Positions 28,762 to 36,667 of a DNA stretch of 64,000 nucleotides are shown here, piece by piece. How positions within the stretch are numbered: position 1 is the first letter of the stretch; every line of letters begins with the position of its first letter. The DNA is from Nitrospinales bacterium. Its GTDB lineage: Bacteria; Nitrospinota; Nitrospinia; Nitrospinales; VA-1. The DNA is taken from positions 2,528,001 to 2,592,000 of the forward strand of contig CBDCXL010000002.1 in assembly GCA_965223795.1 (NCBI GenBank), given 5' to 3'. A model generated the notes under the pieces. It was given only the letters and a program-made list of their open reading frames with translations. It was not told the DNA's origin and made no database searches. A program made the position numbers and the translations under genes.

Positions 28762-29283
28762 ATGATGAACGGCAAGATCCTCATCGCCGGGTTGATCGCG
28801 TTTTTTCTCGCATCTCCGGCGCAGGCCAAAAACGAATTGATGCTTTCCAAGGAACAGCTGTTTGACGGCGGCCCTGCCATCGACCGGCATTCCTTCCGCG
28901 ACGATTGTTCGGAGCTGTTTTACGTGGATTCGGGAGAAAACGTGGAAGACATGCGGCGGGACTTCCGCAATTACTGGTGCGAGGGGATGTACACCCTCAC
29001 CCTGGACGGTCCGCCGGGCACCACGGTGACGCTGTTCGGCAGCTACTATTACGGCCAGGAACAGGGATACCTGGTGCTGCGGAAAACCGATAATGAAAAA
29101 GTCTGGGTGCTGCATCTTGAGGAGTTCCCCAGAGGCCAGTGGAGCACCATTCAGGCCAGCCGTCAGTCCGGCGGCTACGAGGCGTTCTACATTCCGGCGC
29201 CGAATTTCCGCAGGAATGTTTCCTCGGTGCAATGGGGCCAGTGGTGGAGCGGCGAATTTCCCACCAACGGTCCGATCAACTGA
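28762..29283 (+). CDS. Secreted hypothetical protein, paralog of 20395..20901
   Basis: AGGAGG RBS; signal peptide ending ASPAQA; shared motifs as above. Confidence 0.85.
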   Translation: MMNGKILIAGLIAFFLASPAQAKNELMLSKEQLFDGGPAIDRHSFRDDCSELFYVDSGENVEDMRRDFRNYWCEGMYTLTLDGPPGTTVTLFGSYYYGQEQGYLVLRKTDNEKVWVLHLEEFPRGQWSTIQASRQSGGYEAFYIPAPNFRRNVSSVQWGQWWSGEFPTNGPIN

Positions 29284-29293
29284 AAGCGCCGCC

Positions 29294-30148
29294 GTGGAGA
29301 TCACGTCCCTCGAATGCCGCAGCATCCTGACCCGCGCGACCGGGTATCTGAAAGGGGTGTGTTCGCACTCGCTGAATCCCTACGTGGGCTGCGGGCTGGG
29401 CCGTTCCGCCTGCGGCGAGGCCTGTTACGTCCGCTTCAACGCCTGGCTGACGAAAGGCCGCGAATGGGGCCGGTTCGTCGATGTGAAGCGCAACGCAGCA
29501 GAGGTGTACGCCAGGACGGTGGAGCGGGAGAAACAATGGGCCCGCGGCCGGGGGACTTCCTTCGGCGTCTTCCTGTCCAGTTCCACCGATCCCTGGCAGC
29601 CCATCGAGCGCCGGTTCCGCGTCACGCGCCGGCTGCTTAAAGCCCTGTTGGCGAAGCCGCCCGACGCGCTCCTTCTGCAGACCCATTCCCCCAGAATCCT
29701 CGACGATGTGGACGCCATCGCGGCGCTCGCAAAATGCTGCGACCTCAGGGTGCAGGTTTCTCTGGAAGGCGACCGCGACCGCCTGCCGGGTCTCGCCGCG
29801 CCGCCCAGCTCCTGTGAGGCCAGGATGCGGCTGCTTGAGGAACTGTCCCGCCGCGGTCTCAAGACCGTCGCCTGCCTGGCGCCGCTTTACCCTTTGCAGG
29901 AGCCGGAGGCTTTTTTTGCACGCCTTGCGCGCACGGGAATCGCGGCCGTGGTGATCGATCATTTCATCGGCGGCGACGGTTCGGTGAACGGCGCGCGGAC
30001 TCTAAAAACACCGCTGCCGAAAGCGATGGCGGCGGTGGACCCCGAGTCGGTCGATCTTTCCTATCGCGACCGCGTGGTGGGGATTGCCCGGAAGCACCTT
30101 CCTGTGGGCATCTCCGCCGAAGGCTTTGCCGGACGCTACCTCCGCTGA
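29294..30148 (+). CDS. Radical SAM protein, spore-photoproduct-lyase-like (SPL/Rv2578c) family
   Basis: SIL, SLNPY.GC, CYV, WG.FV.VK.N, SS.TDPWQP.E....TR.LL; GTG start at 29294 inferred. Confidence 0.85.
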   Translation: MEITSLECRSILTRATGYLKGVCSHSLNPYVGCGLGRSACGEACYVRFNAWLTKGREWGRFVDVKRNAAEVYARTVEREKQWARGRGTSFGVFLSSSTDPWQPIERRFRVTRRLLKALLAKPPDALLLQTHSPRILDDVDAIAALAKCCDLRVQVSLEGDRDRLPGLAAPPSSCEARMRLLEELSRRGLKTVACLAPLYPLQEPEAFFARLARTGIAAVVIDHFIGGDGSVNGARTLKTPLPKAMAAVDPESVDLSYRDRVVGIARKHLPVGISAEGFAGRYLR

Positions 30149-30244
30149 CGCCTCCGCACGCGGGAACCCCCTCGATTTTTTCTCTTGTTCAACGAAATCC
30201 CTGCAAGGACAGGTGCATTGAATTCCCACTCTGTACTGAACCCT

Positions 30245-30272
30245 GTGTCTTTCGACAAGCTAGGGATGGCAG
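30245..30272. repeat. Degenerate family D element
   Basis: TTCGACAAGCTAGGGATGGCAG resembles TTCGACAAGCTCAGGGTGACAG. Confidence 0.55.
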
Positions 30273-30330
30273 GCAGGAAAATGAGTGTGCGTTCTCATAA
30301 GATTTGTTTTTTTTACATCGATCTCAGAGC

Positions 30331-30361
30331 AAAAAAAATCCCCCGCCAAAGGGCGGGGGAT
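30331..30361 (-). terminator. Rho-independent terminator after the 51-aa ORF
   Basis: ATCCCCCGCC/GGCGGGGGAT stem followed by a T run on the minus strand. Confidence 0.85.
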
Positions 30362-30389
30362 CGCATCCGGCTGCAGGCGCAACCGGAAA

Positions 30390-30545
30390 TCAGTTCACAC
30401 TTTTGTTTTTGTAATTTCTAAGAGGCGATTGGCGGGCCTTGAAGTTTTCGTCGGATCGTTTGATCAGCGCTTTTTGAGAAATCGTTTTTTTCAATTTGCC
30501 CGACCGGTCAAAAACCTTTACCTCATACACGCGTATGTCGTTCAT
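30390..30545 (-). CDS. Small basic protein, 51 aa (not in ORF track)
   Basis: MNDIRVYEVKVFDRSGKLKKTISQKALIKRSDENFKARQSPLRNYKNKSVN; GAGG RBS; terminator downstream. Confidence 0.7.
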   Translation of the reverse strand: MNDIRVYEVKVFDRSGKLKKTISQKALIKRSDENFKARQSPLRNYKNKSVN

Positions 30546-30610
30546 GGCTGCCTCAAAATAGTGATGGATGCTCGTGTTGCCTGTGATCTGATATTTTATT
30601 AATCCGTCCC

Positions 30611-30677
30611 AGAAAAGAAGAGGGAAAGGGCTTGTCGTGGCAGCAAGCCCTTTCCCCGGAGGAGGAGAAAGTTATGA
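30611..30677 (-). ncRNA. Candidate small RNA or attenuated leader with anti-SD motif
   Basis: After TATAAT (30687-30682): CTTTCTCCTCCTCC then stem GGGGAAAGGGCTTG/CAAGCCCTTTCCCC and pyrimidine tail TCTTCTTTTCT. Confidence 0.45.
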
Positions 30678-30681
30678 ACCC

Positions 30682-30739
30682 ATTATAGGGATCGGATATT
30701 AAAAGAATATTAAAAGAAAATTAATAAACTTTAATGAAA
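30682..30739 (-). promoter_or_regulatory. -10 TATAAT with 11-bp phased direct repeats over the -35 region (OmpR/PhoB-type box)
   Basis: Plus strand ATATTAAAAGA ATATTAAAAGA AAATTAATAAA CTTTAATGAAA (30696-30739). Confidence 0.55.
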
Positions 30740-30994
30740 TGAAGGGACTACCGAACATCGCCTTAGGGTTGTCCGGATTAATTCGTGTGCGCGATGCAAA
30801 TGCCGGACACGGCGGATAGTTCGCTCCTCCCAAGCACTGCCGATAGTGTCTGCAAAGGCGCGGATTGCCCCGCACAAGCGGCGATCGGAATGATGAATCG
30901 CTTTGAAAACCGGGTTGTTATGCATTTCACGTTGGTAATCAGGAGGGATGTGGTACCTTAAAAAGACACCAACATATTCAGTATAGGGGGAAAC

Positions 30995-31513
30995 ATGAAA
31001 AAGAATCTGTTTGCGATTTTGCTCTACCCGGCTGTCCTGACAGCCGTTCTGTTGTTGGCGGCACAGACGGCGCTTGCCGAAGATAAAAAAGTGCAGAAAG
31101 GAGACAATGTGACGGTTTCCTATGTCGGTAAACTGAGCGACGGCACCGTGTTCGACAGTTCGGAGAAACACAAAACTCCCCTGGAGTTTGAAGTGGGTTC
31201 CGGTCAGGTCATCAAAGGATTCGACAGTGCGGTGATGGGCATGAAGGTGGGCGAGGAAAAATCTTTCTCCATCGCGCCGGCGGATGCTTATGGCGAAGTG
31301 AATAAGAAACTCATCCAGCAGGTGTCGCGAAATGAAATGCCGAAGGACCGCGAACCGCAGGAGGGGATGATGCTGATCGTGACGACGCCCAACGGGCAGA
31401 AGGCCCGCGCCACCATCACGCAGGTGACGGCGCAGTATGTCACGCTCGACATGAATCATCCTCTGGCGGGCAAAACGCTGAACTTCAAAATCAAGCTCAT
31501 CAAAGTATCCTGA
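30995..31513 (+). CDS. FKBP-type peptidyl-prolyl isomerase (SlyD/SlpA-like) with signal peptide
   Basis: V.V.Y.G.L.DGTVFDSS, PLEF.VG.GQVI.GFD, P.DAYG, LDMNHPLAGK.L.F. Confidence 0.93.
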   Translation: MKKNLFAILLYPAVLTAVLLLAAQTALAEDKKVQKGDNVTVSYVGKLSDGTVFDSSEKHKTPLEFEVGSGQVIKGFDSAVMGMKVGEEKSFSIAPADAYGEVNKKLIQQVSRNEMPKDREPQEGMMLIVTTPNGQKARATITQVTAQYVTLDMNHPLAGKTLNFKIKLIKVS

Positions 31514-31532
31514 CTCACCTGTGAAGGGGCCG

Positions 31533-33698
31533 TCACGGCCCCTTCGTCACCAGTGCCGGAGCGGGCGGCAGTTCGTATCCGCCCGGATGAAATGTCTTTC
31601 CCAGCCCCACGCTCTCCGGATGCCAGCGGCCCTTGAGCCGGTTGTCGGGCGCCTCCCCCTGAAACACCAGATATCCGTACTTTCCGTAGTGCGGCAGCTT
31701 GCGCATGAGACCCGGAACGCTCGCTCCCGATGCGGCGACGATCCAGGTGACGGAGCCTGCGCGCTTTCCCGGCCGCTGCACGGTGAACACGAAGCTGTGG
31801 TCCTGCCAGGGAAAGGTCTTGCCTTCGAGGGTCACCGCGTCCTCCCCGAGTTGCACGCCCTGTTTTTCAAGCAGCGGCCTAAGATGCTCCGCGTATCGGT
31901 TGTGGCGGCCGAACACCAGAAGGCTGCCCGGCGGCACCGGCTGTTTCGCCGTGTCGGTCAGCATGGGGCCGGGGACCGGGCCGGAATTTCCCAGCGCCTG
32001 CGCCAGCTGGTGGTAGCCCACGAGCACGTCGGGATACGTCTCCTTCGCCGGTAAAAGTTTCGCGGGGCTTTTTGAGCCCAGCGTCTCGCCGAGACTGGGC
32101 GGCACTTCGCGCCGGTCGAGTTTGCGGAACACGTCGGTGTGCGGGTCCACCCGCACCCGTCCCGGCTCGGCGGGCAGATCGAGTTCGAAGGTCTGGGTTT
32201 TGTTCTGCATGCGCAGCACCTCAAGCCGCGGTCCGGTTTCCCCCTTGAGCCACACCGCCACAGGCACATCCAGAGCGAACGCCGGATCTTGCTGCTTCTG
32301 CGCAAGCTTGAGCGTCAGCCGGTGACCTTCTGCGTGTTTTGTGTGCCCGGCCTGGGTCATCTCCAATTGCGGCGCGCCTTTTCGCTGGATCCACTGTTTG
32401 AAAAAAGCCGTCAGATCCTGCCCTGATACGGCCTGCATCGACGCTTCCAGTTCGCGCCAGCCGGCGAAGCGGAAACGCTGCTTGCTGTAAAAATGCTGGA
32501 GCCCCTTGAAAAAGGCGCCGGCGCCGAGCCGGTTTTTCAGCATGTGCAGCACCATGAGGGTCTTGCCGTAGCCGATGGCCTGGGACGCCATGTCCGTCCG
32601 GTGCGTGAATGCGGAAAGAGGGAAATCGTTTTCCGCATGCACATAGTTGAGATATTTCATCAGTTCCTGAAAGCGGTACTGCGCGCCCTGGCCCTGCACG
32701 TCCAGCAGCAGGTGATCGGCGAGGTAGGCCGTGAGTCCTTCCGCCCAGTTGCCCTGCTGCATGTCGATGTAGACGCTGTTGCCCCACCAGTTGTGCAGGA
32801 TCTCGTGCGGGTAGGAGGTGTTGAGGATGAAGGGAAAGCGGATGACGCGGGAGCCGAGCAGGGTGAACGAGGCCATGCCGTAGCCGGTTTGGCGGTGGTT
32901 TTCCACCAGCGCGAATTTTTTGAACGGGTACTCGGCGATCAGCCGCGAATAAAAGTCGAGGTAGCGGCGCGTCGCATCCAGGTAGCGTTTGGCGAGCGGC
33001 GCGTCGTTCTCCAGCAGAAAGGCCTGCACTTCGATCCCGCCGTGCGGTTCGATGAAAACGTGATACTTGTCGGCGATCAGGATGATCTCTTCCATCGGCT
33101 CGGGCGATGTCCACCGCACGCCGCCATCCGGCGTTGCAACGCGCGCGCCCTGGCTCACCGCCTTGTAGCCTTCGGGCAGCGTCACCTTTAGATCGAAGGT
33201 CACGCGGTCCGGATGGCCTTCGGGATCGATTCGCTGCGGATAAAAGAAACTCTCGCCGGACAGCACCACGCCCAAAGGTTCCGCATCGGGCGTGTCACCG
33301 GCCTGCAGATCGAGCACGGGGCCGCTATAGCGCAAACGCAGCGCCAACGTTTCGGGCCAGGATTGGGAACCGGGCCGGATGACGGCGATGCGCGTGAGCG
33401 CCGGGCGTCCGTCCGCGGCCGGGAGTTTCGTGTGCCGGATCGCAATGCCGGAAGCGGGATCGGTTTTCAGGATTTCCAGTTTGAGAGCGGCGTTCAGGAA
33501 AAAGTCCAGCCGGCCGGGGGCATCTTCCCAAAGACGCAGGCTCACGCGGTCTTCGATGTGCGCGGTGCGTGTCTCAGGATCGAGTTCGATGTTCAACTGA
33601 TGATGCACCGGCGGCGTTTCCGCGAAACCGGATGCGGGTGCGCCAGCGAGCAGGAGGATCAGCAGCAGGAGCGGGATTGGATGTTGAACGGGTTTCAT
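31533..33698 (-). CDS. Exported M1 family zinc aminopeptidase
   Basis: GYGM, HEILHNWWGN..18..EGLT.Y, YGK catalytic Tyr; signal peptide. Confidence 0.9.
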   Translation of the reverse strand: MKPVQHPIPLLLLILLLAGAPASGFAETPPVHHQLNIELDPETRTAHIEDRVSLRLWEDAPGRLDFFLNAALKLEILKTDPASGIAIRHTKLPAADGRPALTRIAVIRPGSQSWPETLALRLRYSGPVLDLQAGDTPDAEPLGVVLSGESFFYPQRIDPEGHPDRVTFDLKVTLPEGYKAVSQGARVATPDGGVRWTSPEPMEEIILIADKYHVFIEPHGGIEVQAFLLENDAPLAKRYLDATRRYLDFYSRLIAEYPFKKFALVENHRQTGYGMASFTLLGSRVIRFPFILNTSYPHEILHNWWGNSVYIDMQQGNWAEGLTAYLADHLLLDVQGQGAQYRFQELMKYLNYVHAENDFPLSAFTHRTDMASQAIGYGKTLMVLHMLKNRLGAGAFFKGLQHFYSKQRFRFAGWRELEASMQAVSGQDLTAFFKQWIQRKGAPQLEMTQAGHTKHAEGHRLTLKLAQKQQDPAFALDVPVAVWLKGETGPRLEVLRMQNKTQTFELDLPAEPGRVRVDPHTDVFRKLDRREVPPSLGETLGSKSPAKLLPAKETYPDVLVGYHQLAQALGNSGPVPGPMLTDTAKQPVPPGSLLVFGRHNRYAEHLRPLLEKQGVQLGEDAVTLEGKTFPWQDHSFVFTVQRPGKRAGSVTWIVAASGASVPGLMRKLPHYGKYGYLVFQGEAPDNRLKGRWHPESVGLGKTFHPGGYELPPAPALVTKGP

Positions 33699-33740
33699 AA
33701 TGTACCGAACGGAATGAAGGTTCATGGAAGAGCAGGGGGG

Positions 33741-34109
33741 TCAGCCGACGACGGCGTCGACGCCGCGGTGGCCGCCGCCTTCGATGCGCACGACCACGCG
33801 GTTGGGCAGACAGGCGGCGAGCCGGTCCGCATACTGGATGAAGCCCGATTTGATGCACAGCTTGCCGCTGCACGGTGAGCGCAGGATGCGGGCTTTTCCT
33901 TCCCGGATCTCGACTTCGGTGACGCCCAGCGGCCCCTCGACGCGGACGGTCTTTTCCTGCCTGAGCGAGTGGCGGGCGCGCTCGTTTTTGTCCACCTCGA
34001 TGACGACCCAGTCGCCCGGCTTAGCCGGGGCGGTCCAGCGCAAGAACAGGGCCGCGTTCAGGGCGATCAGGCAGCCGATCAGGATTTTATCGCCGCGCGT
34101 CAGCGTCAT
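33741..34109 (-). CDS. NusG domain II-containing protein (DUF1312/Lin0431-like)
   Basis: N-terminal TM; G..G.T.VEI..G.AR...SPC..K.C...G.I......CLPNRV. Confidence 0.88.
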   Translation of the reverse strand: MTLTRGDKILIGCLIALNAALFLRWTAPAKPGDWVVIEVDKNERARHSLRQEKTVRVEGPLGVTEVEIREGKARILRSPCSGKLCIKSGFIQYADRLAACLPNRVVVRIEGGGHRGVDAVVG

Positions 34110-34171
34110 GGTTGCAGTCGTGCCGATCATAAAAACATTGTTTGAAGCCTCAGGTTAACATATCCGCCCGC

Positions 34172-36298
34172 TCACAGGATGTGCAGGAGATCGAGTTTTT
34201 CGCCCAGAGTGGTTTGCAGCGTTTGCTTGAGCTGCACGTGTTCGGGGTCGCTCAGCAGCGGGTCGCGGTCGATCAGCGCGAACGCCTGCCGGCGCGCCGC
34301 GTCGAGCCAGTGCATGTCGCGCAGCAGGTTGGCCACACGCAGAAGCGGCATGCCGGACTGGCGGGTGCCCATGAAATCGCCGGGTCCGCGGATCTTCAAG
34401 TCCTCTTCGGCGATCTCGAACCCGTCGGAAGAGCGGTGGACGGCGGCTAGACGGGCCTTGGCGTCGTCGCTCAACGGGTGGTAGGCGATGAGAAAGCAGT
34501 GCGAGGGGTACTCCCCGCGGCCGACGCGGCCGCGCAGCTGGTGGATCTGCGAGAGGCCGAAGCGTTCCGCGTGCTCGATGACCATCAGCGTGGCGTTGGG
34601 CACGTCGATGCCCACCTCGATCACGGTGGTGGCGACCAGGGTGTGCAGGGTTCCCGCGGCGAAGGCGGCCATGATCTTCTGCCGCTCCTCTTTTTTGAGC
34701 TTGCCGTGGATGAGCGCCAGGCCGCCGTCCGGAAACCAGCGCTCTTTGAGGTAGTCGTGCACGTCGATGGCGGCCTTGAGCTCCAGCGTCTCCGACTCCT
34801 CGATCAGCGGGCACACCACATAAGCCTGCCGCCCCTGTTTGACTTCCTCGCTCAGACGGGCGTAGGCCTGATCGCGTTTTTCGCCGTAATAGATCTGCGT
34901 CGTGATCGGCTTTCTGCCCGGCGGTAATTCATCTAAAAAAGAAACGTCCATCTCTCCGTACAGGGTGAGCGCCAGCGAGCGCGGGATGGGCGTCGCGGTC
35001 ATGATGCAGACGTGCGGGCGTGCGCCCTTTTTGCCGAGCGCTTCGCGCTGCAGCACGCCGAAGCGGTGCTGCTCGTCGATGACGGCGAGACCCAGGCGCT
35101 TGAAAGCGACGGTTTTCTGAATCAGCGCGTGGGTGCCGACGACGATCTGGGTTTCGCCGCTTTCGATGCGCTCAAGGATCTTTTTCTTCTCGCCGGCAGG
35201 CGCGGCGCTGGTGGCGAGATCGATCTTGACGCCGAGTTCGCGGCAGTAGGGTTCCAGGGTCAGATAATGCTGCTCGGCCAGAATTTCCGTCGGCACCATG
35301 AGCGCGCCCTGAGTGCGGTTGTCGATGGCGGTGAGCAGCGCGGTCAGGGCGATCACGGTTTTGCCGGCGCCCACGTCGCCCTGCACCAGCCGGTTCATGG
35401 GCCGGGGCTGCTCCAGATCGTGCATGATCTCGCCCAGCACGCGCTTCTGCGCTCCGGTCAGCTCGTAGGGCAGCAGTTTCACGAAGCGGCGGATCAGCTC
35501 GCCGCGGGTCTTGAACGCCATGCCGTGCACGGTTTCGTGGGCGTGCTTTTTGCGGTAGGCGAGTCCCACCTGAATGAGAAACAATTCCTCGAAGATGAGC
35601 CGTTTCTGCGCCGCGGTGCGGAAGCCGTCGAGGTCTTTGACGGATGTGTCCTTCGGCGGCAGGTGCGCGTCGCGGATGGCCTGGGCGCGCGGCGGCAGCG
35701 CGTTTGTTTTGAGCACCGGTTCGGGAATGAATTCCTCCAGCAGCGGCGCGTAGCGCTCCACCACGTTTTTCATCAGCGCGCGCAGGGATTTTAAGTGCAG
35801 CCCTTCGGTGTTGTGGTAGACGGGCAGGATGCCGCCCAGCTGTCCGCCGGCTTCGCCGTCCACCGGCTCCGAATCGGGGTGGATGAGTTCCAGGCCGGAG
35901 CCGCCGTAACGGCTCCAGGCGGGTTTGCCGGAGAAGATCCAGCGCGTTCCCGGTTGAAACCGCTCGGTCATGTAAGTCTCGTTGAAGCGGAACCATTTGC
36001 CGCGCAGCGATCCGGTGTCGTCTTTGATGAGCACTTCGAAGATCTTTTTTCGCCGCCCGATGCGGGCGATGCCCGCCTGGACGACCTCTCCGGTGAGGGT
36101 GACGGTTTCCCCGAGGCCGATCTGGGCGATCTTCACGACCCGGCTGCGGTCCTCGTAGCGGAAGGGGAGGAAATAAAGGCAGTCCTCGATGCTTTTGAGG
36201 CCCAGTTTTTCCAGCAGGCGGGCGCGCTTGGGGCCCACTCCCTTGATGTACTGGAGCGGATCTTCCAGGGAGGGTTTTCGGTTGCGGGCCGTCGTCAT
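34172..36298 (-). CDS. recG: ATP-dependent DNA helicase RecG
   Basis: GVGPK, P.RYEDR, MNRL.QGDVG.GKT, DEQHRFG, TATPIPR, HAERFGL.Q.HQLRGRVGRG, DL..RGPGD..G..QSG. Confidence 0.98.
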   Translation of the reverse strand: MTTARNRKPSLEDPLQYIKGVGPKRARLLEKLGLKSIEDCLYFLPFRYEDRSRVVKIAQIGLGETVTLTGEVVQAGIARIGRRKKIFEVLIKDDTGSLRGKWFRFNETYMTERFQPGTRWIFSGKPAWSRYGGSGLELIHPDSEPVDGEAGGQLGGILPVYHNTEGLHLKSLRALMKNVVERYAPLLEEFIPEPVLKTNALPPRAQAIRDAHLPPKDTSVKDLDGFRTAAQKRLIFEELFLIQVGLAYRKKHAHETVHGMAFKTRGELIRRFVKLLPYELTGAQKRVLGEIMHDLEQPRPMNRLVQGDVGAGKTVIALTALLTAIDNRTQGALMVPTEILAEQHYLTLEPYCRELGVKIDLATSAAPAGEKKKILERIESGETQIVVGTHALIQKTVAFKRLGLAVIDEQHRFGVLQREALGKKGARPHVCIMTATPIPRSLALTLYGEMDVSFLDELPPGRKPITTQIYYGEKRDQAYARLSEEVKQGRQAYVVCPLIEESETLELKAAIDVHDYLKERWFPDGGLALIHGKLKKEERQKIMAAFAAGTLHTLVATTVIEVGIDVPNATLMVIEHAERFGLSQIHQLRGRVGRGEYPSHCFLIAYHPLSDDAKARLAAVHRSSDGFEIAEEDLKIRGPGDFMGTRQSGMPLLRVANLLRDMHWLDAARRQAFALIDRDPLLSDPEHVQLKQTLQTTLGEKLDLLHIL

Positions 36299-36540
36299 CG
36301 CGGATTCAGAAAGTGCAAGAAACAATTCCATTTCAAACCCGCCGCAAGCCGTATTCTGTACCCGGCATCCGAAGAAGAGGGCGCGGCCGGACGGGCTTTT
36401 GTTCATACCATACCCTTTCGGGCAGGGGAAGGGGATTGCCGGATGCGGCTAGAGAGCGCGTCTTGAAAGAAAATCTGCTCCCAAAGCCGTCCCCGTTCAT
36501 CCAATTCTAAACAGCATATCGGTTTCCTGCTCCTATGCGG

Positions 36541-36570
36541 TTGACAAAAACAGGCCAACAGAAGTATTCT
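36541..36570 (+). promoter_or_regulatory. Sigma-70-type promoter of relA/spoT
   Basis: TTGACA, 18 nt, TATTCT. Confidence 0.55.
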
Positions 36571-36667
36571 TAGAATGAGCTAAACCATACTATTTTCGGC
36601 ATTTTTCGACTAAGTGGCTCATTTTCCACCTTTTTTGCGGACGCGCCCGGAAGCGGGCCGAATCGGA

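Noticed and set aside
29093..29293. Upstream extension of the radical SAM ORF to 351 aa
   Set aside because: It overlaps the secreted protein gene in another frame; family similarity begins at GTG 29294
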